64,000 nt of DNA, from IMG/VR virus record IMGVR_UViG_3300045988_164075. One strand, given 5' to 3'. Source of the stretch: a virus. The notes under the pieces are model-generated. The model had not been told where the DNA came from. It made no database searches and saw nothing but the letters and a program-made list of their open reading frames with translations. The translations under genes and the position numbers were made by a program. This document shows, piece after piece, positions 49,001 to 57,204 of this stretch. Every line of letters begins with the position of its first letter. Positions within the stretch are counted from its first letter, which is position 1.

Positions 49001-51020
49001 TTTTCAAAAAATTCTCTAGAATAATATTTACCATTCACAGAATATTTACCTTGTATGGCCCTGTTAATAGTAGTTCTACTTACGGAATACTTTTTTATAA
49101 TATCTGTTACAGAATCATAACTTTTAATAAAATCTAAATTTTCATTAAATTCATAAATACTTCCAGGATTGAAAATATTAAAATCTTGAATGTTTAATTT
49201 AGATGTATAATAGGTTGTTCATAAACTTTTTTGTGAAGTAGATTTAAATTTAACCGCATTTTCAATACTAGTTGTAGAGCAACCAAAACATTCCGCAGCT
49301 TTTTTATACGAACTATAAGAATCAATAAAAGCTCCTTCAAGATCATATTGGTAAATAGTAATAGATTGATCTGGACCTTTTTTTCCTCCAACAATAGCAT
49401 TATATACATACGGTTTTTTTATAAACTCTTCATTTACAATTTTTGATTCTAAAGAAAATGCTTCTTCTGCTGTATCAAATACAGCTAATGTATATCTTCT
49501 AAAAGCGTTAACTCCATACTTATTTATAGCATATTGAAAAGGAGTCTTAGAATTCTTATATGTACTTGGTTGATTAAAATAACAACCGCAACCTAAATAT
49601 CCATCAAATATATCAGGATTTTTTGTTGAGTGAACTCCTATATAGATTTTATTATTTATTGTATTTACTGTAATATATAGAATTGTTTTCATATTTATAC
49701 TTTTATAAAGTTATCTCCCATTTCAGACTGTAGTCTTACTCCCTATTGGGATAGTCGTTGAACCTTATTTAGCATTTCGTCAATGACGCTTATGTAATCT
49801 AAATCTTGGCTGCTGATTACCATATTACTTTTAACTTAGGCTTCCAGCAATTAAAGAGATTATTCGATGTTGCTTACGCAACAAAGGAGCAATACATTTT
49901 TGTTTTACTCTGGTATTTTGTGTAACCTTCCTCCAAGTTACAACTAATTTTCTTACTGTTTCCAATAAGTTTAGACTATATCACCCTCTTTACTTCTATT
50001 ACCGTTATAAAGAGGCTCTCCGTTTCGGTGTTACCCTACTCTACTCACTTCTTCACTTATATATTTCTTATAAGCTATGTTTTCGATAGTCGTTAAGCAC
50101 AATCTCTATATAAGAGATCTTCGCTATGGATTGGCATATCTTATTTATTATAAGACTTAGCTTTCCCATAATTAGAAGAGTTTAATCGAGTAGCTTACGC
50201 TACAAGTGCACAAAGAAGTTTATGCATCTCAGGTTGATAGTTCGTTAAGAAACGCGTATTCATACCAGGCTGACAAGCAGAAAGATCAAGTACTTCACTA
50301 TAATCGTCACCTTGTAATTTACCAACTACTTCCCAATCGTTGTCGCGACGTCTAATCGGACGATTTAGAACAATAACCTGTTGACGAGAACCTTCAATAA
50401 TAAAGGTATCGTTTTTCTGATAGTAGTTTTCAGGGAAATGGAAGATAATATCTGATCCATTTGCGCCATTACCTTCAGGTACAGTTAGGAAGTGTACTCT
50501 TTTAATACGGTTTACATTAATATCCCATTCAACCATGAACGAGTTAATACTTTGAAAAGCATTGGGTCTACCTTTGTCTAGAGTATATACGTTCATTAAT
50601 GCTTCAGTAAGATGCGTAGCAGTATACTGATCATACAATGAAGATACGATACCTAAACGAGCAGGATTTGCCATGCTTGTTGTTATCCTATAAGTTTTTT
50701 ATCTTATAGTTCTTACAATTTACCATCTTGTAAGGTCGGCATACGTTTTCATCTAATAGATGTTGCGTACTCTTGGAGATATTATATTCTTTATAAATAA
50801 AGTTTCAATCTCTATGCTCTACGGTGAATATATATATTATTATATATTTTACCTCGGTGTTGCCGCTGAGAATTAGGACGGTTTCGCCGATTTTACGCAA
50901 TTTTTCAATAAGTATTTCTACCTAAAGGGGCGCTCATCCACCCAAGAACTTCATAAAGTCCTCTGCAGTACGAGTCGAAGCCATTTCGGGACGTACTGTT
51001 GTAAAATTAGATATTCTCAT
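46008..51020 (-). CDS. putative major capsid protein, a mosaic gene of 7 exons and 6 group I introns, 476 aa after splicing
   Basis: Exons are 50940..51020, 50222..50671, 49907..49951, 48312..48569, 47726..48025, 47215..47452 and 46008..46066, totalling 1431 nt (477 codons including TAA). The joined frame is open, with 9 TGG and 0 TGA. The capsid assignment rests on position (after an acidic scaffold-like gene), size and expression signals, not on a search. Confidence 0.7.
46067..47214 (-). mobile_element. group I intron E with GIY-YIG endonuclease (1148 nt)
   Basis: P1 is GGGGCU/GGUCCC (U.G at the junction) and P10 is GCGU/ACGC. P TAATTGCTGGAAAC, Q CAATCAGCAGCC and R GGTTCAACGACTAGC lie at ~47071-47160, and S AGATATAGTCTG at ~46100-46113. 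The P9 hairpin CATTATA-GTAA-TATAATG is followed by an end at ...AACATAG. Confidence 0.85.
46115..47014 (-). CDS. GIY-YIG homing endonuclease (299 aa, four in-frame TGA=Trp)
   Basis: MKYIVYCTTCLINGKIYIGVH is the GIY...YIG motif. Track ORF 46652..47014 continues through TGA (hand translated) into repeated DNA-binding modules (YQFDLKGNLIAE(W)ENTEDIYKSF, QYDLNNNLIKV(W)DTVGACAKEF). The TAA at 46115-46117 abuts the S element. Confidence 0.85.
47453..47725 (-). mobile_element. group I intron D, ORF-less (273 nt)
   Basis: The 5' site follows GCGGGU (P1 GGGU/GCUC). P, Q and R are at ~47600-47690, S at ~47482-47494. The P9 hairpin CTTATAT-GAAA-ATATAAG is followed by the tail TTAACATAAATG. Confidence 0.8.
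48026..48311 (-). mobile_element. group I intron C, ORF-less (286 nt)
   Basis: P1 is ACAGCAACCU/GGGCUGCU (8 bp, 1 mismatch). P10 is GAAAUAAU/AUUAUUUC (8 bp). P, Q and R are at ~48180-48270, S at ~48060-48072. Its 3' 39 nt are identical to intron D. Confidence 0.85.
48570..49906 (-). mobile_element. group I intron B with GIY-YIG endonuclease (1337 nt)
   Basis: P1 is GAGU/GCUC and P10 is GUAUU/AAUAC. The P2 hairpin is GTTGC-GTAA-GCAAC. P, Q and R are at ~49750-49860, S at ~48601-48612. The P9 hairpin CTTATAG-GAAA-CTATAAG is followed by the tail ATAACATAATG. Confidence 0.85.
48613..49692 (-). CDS. GIY-YIG homing endonuclease (359 aa, one in-frame TGA=Trp)
   Basis: Track ORFs 49219..49692 (MKTILYITVNTINNKIYIGVH) and 48613..49038 are in the same frame. 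The 180 nt between them were hand translated and contain only TGA at 49219. The TAA at 48613-48615 abuts the S element. Confidence 0.85.
49952..50221 (-). mobile_element. group I intron A, ORF-less (270 nt)
   Basis: P1 is UGCAU/GUGCA. The P2 hairpin is GTAGC-GTAA-GCTAC. It has P AATTATGGGAAAGC, Q AATCCATAGCG (a compensated P4), R GCTTAACGACTATC and S GTGATATAGTCTAAAC. It ends after the P9 hairpin CTTATTG-GAAA-CAGTAAG. Confidence 0.75.
50672..50939 (-). mobile_element. putative divergent group I intron between a 27-codon leader exon and the main capsid ORF (268 nt)
   Basis: This is a GC-rich, hairpin-dense insert. The candidate P1 is GGGU/GCCC after ...UUCUUGGGU, and the candidate P3 is UUGCGU/ACGCAA. 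There is a GAAA-capped hairpin TAGGTA-GAAA-TACTTA. The 3' hairpin CTATAAG...CTTATAG plus tail GATAACAACAAGCATG resembles the other introns. It lacks the canonical R/S sequences. Confidence 0.5.
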
Positions 51021-51064
51021 AATTACTTATTAAAAATTTTGTTTAAAAAATATAACTTTTATTC

Positions 51065-52138
51065 TTATCTATAATATTTATCGTATAGATCAGAAAGTGT
51101 TTTAGGTTTTTCAGATTTATCGTTAGCATTAGTTTTATCTACTACTGTTTGACTAGCAGAAGAATTTTTATTACTTTTTGCTGTACGACGTTCCTGTTTT
51201 AAAATATCTTTCCAATATTCGCTAATATTTGAAATAGCATCTTGTCCAAAAAGTCTATACCATGCTAGTTCAACTAAAACTTTTGGATCATTTAAATCTT
51301 TAAAAAACTGACTATATCCATTAGTATCTTGTTCTAGTAAATAAGATAATATTTTAGATTTTTCATCATCTTCAATAACCAAAACATCACTTTCTGGATC
51401 TTTATAATCAAAAGATATTTCTTTAAAATTAGAAACAGATTCAGTTAAAGCAGAACGAAGTTGATTATATTCCTCTTCTTCTCTTCTTTGTGCTTCTAAG
51501 GCAGCTTCTTTCTCTTTTTCCTTATAGTCATTTCGAATAATCTCAACTTTCTTTTTAAATAAATCTTCATTCTCCTTTGCTTTATCTAATTCATACTTTA
51601 ATTCTTCATCTGACATACTAGTATATCTTGCTTTTAAATCTGCAAAGTATAATTCATCATCAGAATATGAATCTACATCGTAGTGTTGTTCTGGAGCATT
51701 ATTATTTAATGAAGCTTTATATTCTTCAACAGCAGTCTGTTTAAAATAATCTATTGCTTGTTCTAGTGTAACTCCATTATTTCTAAGCCACTGTACAGTG
51801 TTTATTTCTGATTCAGATAAATCAGGAGTAGAAAGTTCTTTGAGAATTGTTAACTGTTCTTTTCCGCTTAAAGAATTAAAATCTACTTCTTGAATTTCTC
51901 CATCTTCTGTTTCATATTTAATCTTTGAAACATCTTCAATACCTTTCTCTTTTAAGAATTCTTCAATAGGATTAATATCTACTTCTTCATTTGAATCACT
52001 ATTACTTTGATTCTCTAATTCAGGTTGACTAATCTCTCCTGTCTCAGTTGTACTAGATCCTTCTACCTCAACTTGCTCAGTTGTAGTAGTTTTATTATCT
52101 TCTAGTAAACTATCAAATAAATTTGGTAATTCTGCCAT
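51065..52138 (-). CDS. acidic coiled-coil protein, scaffold-like (357 aa from ATG 52138)
   Basis: This is track ORF 51065..52168, but its first 10 codons overlap the promoter -7 box, so ATG 52138 (MAELPNLFDSLLEDNK) is preferred. It is Glu/Asp/Lys-rich with 3 TGG and 0 TGA, and lies immediately upstream of the capsid gene. Confidence 0.7.
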   Translation of the reverse strand: MAELPNLFDSLLEDNKTTTTEQVEVEGSSTTETGEISQPELENQSNSDSNEEVDINPIEEFLKEKGIEDVSKIKYETEDGEIQEVDFNSLSGKEQLTILKELSTPDLSESEINTVQWLRNNGVTLEQAIDYFKQTAVEEYKASLNNNAPEQHYDVDSYSDDELYFADLKARYTSMSDEELKYELDKAKENEDLFKKKVEIIRNDYKEKEKEAALEAQRREEEEYNQLRSALTESVSNFKEISFDYKDPESDVLVIEDDEKSKILSYLLEQDTNGYSQFFKDLNDPKVLVELAWYRLFGQDAISNISEYWKDILKQERRTAKSNKNSSASQTVVDKTNANDKSEKPKTLSDLYDKYYR

Positions 52139-52167
52139 TAACTTATTGTTTCTTATTATTAATTTCA

Positions 52168-52198
52168 CAAAATTAGACTTTTAAAAACTAAAATCAAA
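52168..52198 (-). promoter_or_regulatory. Bacteroidetes-type promoter (-33 TTTG / -7 TAATTTTG, 19-nt spacer)
   Basis: The minus strand reads TTTG (rc of 52195-52198), N19, then TAATTTTG (rc of 52168-52175). It is ~30 nt upstream of ATG 52138. Confidence 0.6.
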
Positions 52199-52249
52199 AG
52201 TAAATATTATTGTTTTTTTGACATTAATTTTAAAAAAGATTTTATGAAA

Positions 52250-52858
52250 TTACTTCTTGTTTTTTGTATCTATAATCTCTATAAATTTTGATTCTTTTTG
52301 TGAACTATATATATTGGAATTTACTACTGTAATTTCGCCTACAATATGTTTTCTTTGAAATCACCTTAGCGGTCAACACTTCTTAGGTTTAATTGTTTCT
52401 TTTTTATAATGAGAAATAATATAATTCTCGTTTATAAATTTAGGAGAAACTACTATTTCCGAAGGATACTTTAATTTTAGATTAAGAGAATAATATGGAT
52501 CAATTAAAGTAGTATCAATATTTACTCCTTTTTGAAATACAGTATCAACAAGTCTAATAGTATCAGTTTTTGTTATTTCTACTTTTTGATATGCTAAAAA
52601 TTGAATAGTTTTTGCCTTGATTTTGTTATCTTGAATGACACTATCCATTTTTTTCATAATAGAATCTTGTTGGTATTCAAATTGATCTAAAGTTAATTGT
52701 AAAATTCTATTCTCTCCATTTTTAGCAAGTAACTCAGTTTTATAATTACTTTCAGCAATACTATAAGCTTCTTTATTTTTTTGATTACTATGATATAATC
52801 AAACAATTATAAGAATTAGTATAGTATAAATACCTATATTAATCAGAATTTTTTTCAC
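52250..52858 (-). CDS. membrane-anchored coiled-coil protein (~202 aa, start uncertain)
   Basis: Track ORF 52373..52657 extends 3' through two TGA to TAA 52250-52252. It extends 5' in frame to GTG 52856-52858, giving an N-terminal hydrophobic helix KKILINIGIYTILILIIV(W)LY followed by a coiled-coil-like region. Confidence 0.5.
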
Positions 52859-53177
52859 TCAAATCTTTAATTTTAACAATTAATGAGATCATACTTAGTT
52901 CAATCAATTTATTTTCATCATAATAATTGATTGTTTTATTTAATATATCAATTTGTTCTTTAGTGAACGTTATTTCTTTATCGATAGCGGTTTTAGTATT
53001 TCACGATATGTTTCCGTTATCTAGGGTTTTTAACTCAAATTTACTAATCTCATCTTCATCAAAACTCATTTTCTTAATTATATGCTCAACAGACATCATC
53101 TCAATTAAATTACCTTGTTTAATTGCTGTTTTAATCATTTGAGGTAAAAGAATTCTTTCTACTATATTAAATTTCAT
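52839..53177 (-). CDS. hypothetical protein (112 aa, one in-frame TGA)
   Basis: Hand translation from ATG ~53175-53177 gives MKFNIVERILLPQMIKTAIKQGNLIEMM...NGNIS(W)NTKTAIDKE...SEKNSD, then TAA ~52839. It overlaps the next gene by ~20 nt. Confidence 0.55.
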
Positions 53178-53193
53178 ATTAGTCCTTATTATT

Positions 53194-56100
53194 TTAAATA
53201 GAGCCGTATATTACAAAATCTAACTCTTGATATATTCTAGCTCCATCTGTTTTATTAATTTGAAATATACATGTATTATTATATTTTTTTACTACCCGAC
53301 AAATCACATCATTAATATCCATACCTCTATTTGGATCAGTAACTCAATACTCATAAGGAACAGGAGTTAAACTAATAGCATAATTAGTATGTCCTATATT
53401 GTGGTATATATATCCAAATCAGTTATTAGTTTGATTAACATCAGGATTTGATGCGTATTGATACTGTACACTCTGTACTTCTATATTAGGAGCTGAACTA
53501 TATTTTGTTAGAGTACAACTAAAAGGATCTGATAATATACTTGTAGGTATAGAAATATGTCCTGAATATAATACAGCACTTGTGTTAGTTTCTCCGTTAC
53601 TTAATGATCATGGACGGGTAGTTAAATTTGCTAATGGATTATATGTATATATTAATAATTGCGCTGTGTTTGCGGGAATAGTTAAAGTAGGAGAATCAAC
53701 AGTAAATATCCCTACATAGATAGATACAGAACCTGTGCTAACTGGTTTATATATAGTAATGTTTTTCCCAATATATTTATCGTTAGCAGCAGGTAATACA
53801 ATATTTAACTCAGAACTAGTAGGTTTTGCAATTAAATTTATTTTTTCATCTATATAATATATTTGAGATGTTTCATCTAATATAGTAATATCCTCAAACA
53901 AAGCAGTTCTCGATTTAATACTGCCAGCGCTATTTCAATATAAATTTCCAAATCCAATTGAACCTACTCCTTCATCATCACTTTGAATACCATAGATATA
54001 ATTACTCGTATAAGTTTTTGTATATACAGTAGATTGGGATGCAGCAGGCCCACTTTTTTTAGTTACTTTTATTTGAACTTCTTGAGCAGGCATATAATCT
54101 AGTACATTTGATTTCCAATCTTTAAATGTCAACCCTCCATCAATACTGTATTGACTTTGATATGTAAAACTATAATAAAGTGTAGAAGGAATACCTGAAT
54201 TTCAAGTAGTTTTACTATATATTTCTACTCCATATATTGGAATTACTTCCATTTCGTTCCCAATAGCATAACATAAATCTGAAGCTCCTACTGTAGGAAA
54301 TCGATCAGATCAATTATTTCGATCTTTAGAAAATAGTCATGCTGATCTATTTCCTATATGCATAGATATATCTGAAATAACAGCTCCAGACATTGTTCAT
54401 GTAATATGCCCATTTGCTAATGAACCTCCTCCATCTTCATAAAATTTGGTCGATCCGTTTCCAAATTTAGCAGAACCAATATTATTTAGTTCAATTCTAT
54501 ATGAACCGTCGCTGTTTGGGCCAAGTTTAATATCTCCGTTAAGAATAATTAAACCTTCATTACTTCCTCCATCTAAATAAAGTGTACCTTCTTTATTTCA
54601 ATAAATATGTCCTTGCGCTAAGTATCCAGATCCATCATTATTTAATAATATTCCAACTTTTCTATTAGAATTTGCATATGAACCAAGAGCAATACACCCA
54701 TCCTTAATATATAAACCGCCACTATTATTTTGAGCAAACTCCTCGATTTGACCTAATATTGTTGTAGCTTCTGAAACATAATCTGGATTATAATCTCCTT
54801 TAATAAAAATTCCCATTCCAGACATTCTACCAAATACCTCATCATAAGCTAACCCATCTAATCTACCTAAACGTATTTTTATATTAGAATTATTTACATA
54901 GGGTTCATCAGTAATATCTTCGTTATAATCGTTTTTACTATAAGAATAATTAGTATTATCAATTACATCAATGTAAGGAGCCTTATAATCTGCTGAAGTC
55001 ATATAAACTGCTCCACGCCGATCAGGATGAATAACATTATCAATTCGAACAAAAGTATCTCCTTCTTCAATTACTCCATTACTTTTACTAGATAATTTAA
55101 TAAATACAGTTTTATTCTCTACACGAGTAACGACTCCTTCGATATTATAAATATTATATCCTACAGTTTTTTGTAATCTAATAACATCGTTAACTCAAAA
55201 TACAGTTAAATTTGAAGAAGTCTCATCTTTCATAGTACATCTAACAATGTTATCATCAAAGTTTTCAATTACTCCATCAATATTGTAAAAACTATTATAC
55301 AATGTATCTAAAAAATTAAGTATACTTAATTCTCCATATTGCGTAGGATATAATTCTTTAGTTTTGTTTCATAAAATTTCATTTGTAATAATTCCTTCAG
55401 GAGTTCTTCCTGTTAATAATGTTGTAGCATTATCAACCTGTGTTTTATTGTTAATATCAATTGGTATATATGGCTGATTTGAATAATCAGGTATAAATAT
55501 ATTATATCATTCTTCTAATGTATGTCACTCATTATCTAATGTTCCAAAGTTATAATCATTTTGTATAGAATCAACAATTGTATAGGATCAAGTGTTTGCA
55601 TCATCGCCTGAATTAATTGTAGGAGAAAATTTATATTCTACTATAGCACTGTCTGAGACTCAAAAAGATCCATTAGTACATTTAATTCGATTAATAATAT
55701 ACTCATAAACACGCATTGCTTTACGTACGTTGATATAATCAATATCTAATGTACTATTAGCAAAATCTAATATTGTATCATTTAAAGTATTTTTATTATT
55801 TGTACTCTTTAAAACATTATCAATAAATAAGATATTTTTAATAGTTCAATTTCCAGAGATAGATTCGTTTTCTGCTTTTTTAGCAAATTTATCATCAGTA
55901 TATCCATTTAAATACTGCGCATTTAAATTCTCTACTAATTGTTTAGAGTTAATAATAAATGGAGGTTCAGTAGTAGTTAGAATTTTAATTGAATTTTTTA
56001 CAGTTAAATCTTCAATTTCTCAAGAACTACCAGTTTGTTTTACGGTATAAGGTCTATACTCTCCATTGACTGTAATATAGAATCCCCCATCTAGTGTAAG

Positions 56101-56337
56101 TATCACTTTACTATCTCCAGGATATGTTATAGAAGTAAGATCATCGCTACTTTCTAAAATAATAATATCAGGATCATTTTTTGAATCATTTGATGTATTG
56201 TCTAATCCAGTATTATCGTAGTTTAATTCATAATATTTATCTCTAACTCTTATATAAATTCGGCCAAAAGTATTTAATACTAAATCTTTACTTATTGAAC
56301 CTACTGTTTCTGCATTTTTATGTAAAGCATCTGCCAT
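53194..56337 (-). CDS. tail fibre/spike-like protein, 1047 aa
   Basis: Fragments 56020..56373, 54598..55002, 53935..54132 and 53608..53901 share a frame. All gaps were walked and only TGA interrupts. The end is TAA 53194-53196. The start is taken at ATG 56337 (MADALHKNAETVG) because the first 12 track codons overlap a promoter-like TATTTTTG and follow a terminator. Confidence 0.75.
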
Positions 56338-56384
56338 AGAATTTTTATTTATAAATTTTGTACAAAAATACAAAATATTTAAAT

Positions 56385-56415
56385 AAAAAAAAAGTTAAGA
56401 ACGAATTCTTAACTT
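56385..56415 (-). terminator. intrinsic terminator
   Basis: On the minus strand AAGTTAAGAA-TTCG-TTCTTAACTT (10 bp) is followed by TTTTTTTATTT. It lies directly after the stop of the 99-aa gene. Confidence 0.75.
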
Positions 56416-56424
56416 TTCAAATAA

Positions 56425-56724
56425 TTATTCTTTAGGCTGTTCCTTTTCTTTTAACTGCTCTTCCAGTTCTGCTATTCTAGCTATTAATTCTTTATATTTC
56501 TCTTCTGTAACATTTTCTTGGGAGTTTCCTTTTACAGATTGAAATAAATCGTTGTATTTTTCATACAATTGTTTCTGTTTGTTTACTGATTCAAACATTA
56601 TTCGATAAGAATCTACTTGAGATTTTAATTTAGTTTCTAAATCATCTCGTCTTAAATATATTTCTGTATCTCCGTCTTTTACAGATGTAGGAACATAGTG
56701 TTTTTCAATCACATTTTCCATCAT
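56425..56724 (-). CDS. small coiled-coil protein (99 aa)
   Basis: Intact track ORF ending in TAA, with no TGA. It is heptad-like and Glu/Lys-rich. Confidence 0.7.
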   Translation of the reverse strand: MMENVIEKHYVPTSVKDGDTEIYLRRDDLETKLKSQVDSYRIMFESVNKQKQLYEKYNDLFQSVKGNSQENVTEEKYKELIARIAELEEQLKEKEQPKE

Positions 56725-56845
56725 AATATAAAAAGTTAAAAGGTTAATAAATATTATTACATATATGTAATGTTACAATTGCACTACAAATATAGAAATA
56801 ATTTTATCAACCCTTTTGCTTAAGTCAAAAAATATATTATGTTTT

Positions 56846-57175
56846 TTATAATTTTTTTATATAAAAATCTAATTCAGTCGAAAACACATCATAATCATTT
56901 CGAAAATTAGGATCATTAAAGTATAATTCTTTTGCTTTATTACATCAATATACTACACTCGAATGTCCACAGTTAAACTCTTTAGAAATTAAATTAACTA
57001 AATTATCCTTATCATGTTGTTTTAAACTATAAAATTTATATACTATTAATTTTTTTATATCTACAATATTACGTTTAGAACTCTTACTTAATATTTTATC
57101 TTCCGAAATTTCAAATAATTTACTACAGATACTAACTGCTTTTTTAAAAACTTGAGGAAAATATTTTTGATCCAT
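56846..57175 (-). CDS. small helix-turn-helix protein resembling DnaA domain IV (109 aa, one in-frame TGA)
   Basis: Track ORF 56945..57175 continues through TGA to TAA 56846-56848. SKSSKRNIVDIKKLIVYKFYSLKQHDKDNLVNLISKEFNCGHSSVVY(W) follows the DnaA C-terminal pattern (R..I...R.ia.YL...l...s...Ig..f...dHsTV) as recalled from memory. Confidence 0.5.
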
Positions 57176-57204
57176 TAATACATGCTTATATATTAATAAT
57201 ACTT

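Noticed and set aside
48570-50221. Introns A and B could be one nested twintron rather than two introns flanking a micro-exon.
   Set aside because: The 45 nt between them is open in the exact required frame. Both of its ends have P1/P10-type complementarity to the adjacent guide sequences, and each element has its own complete P/Q/R/S set. This still needs RNA data.
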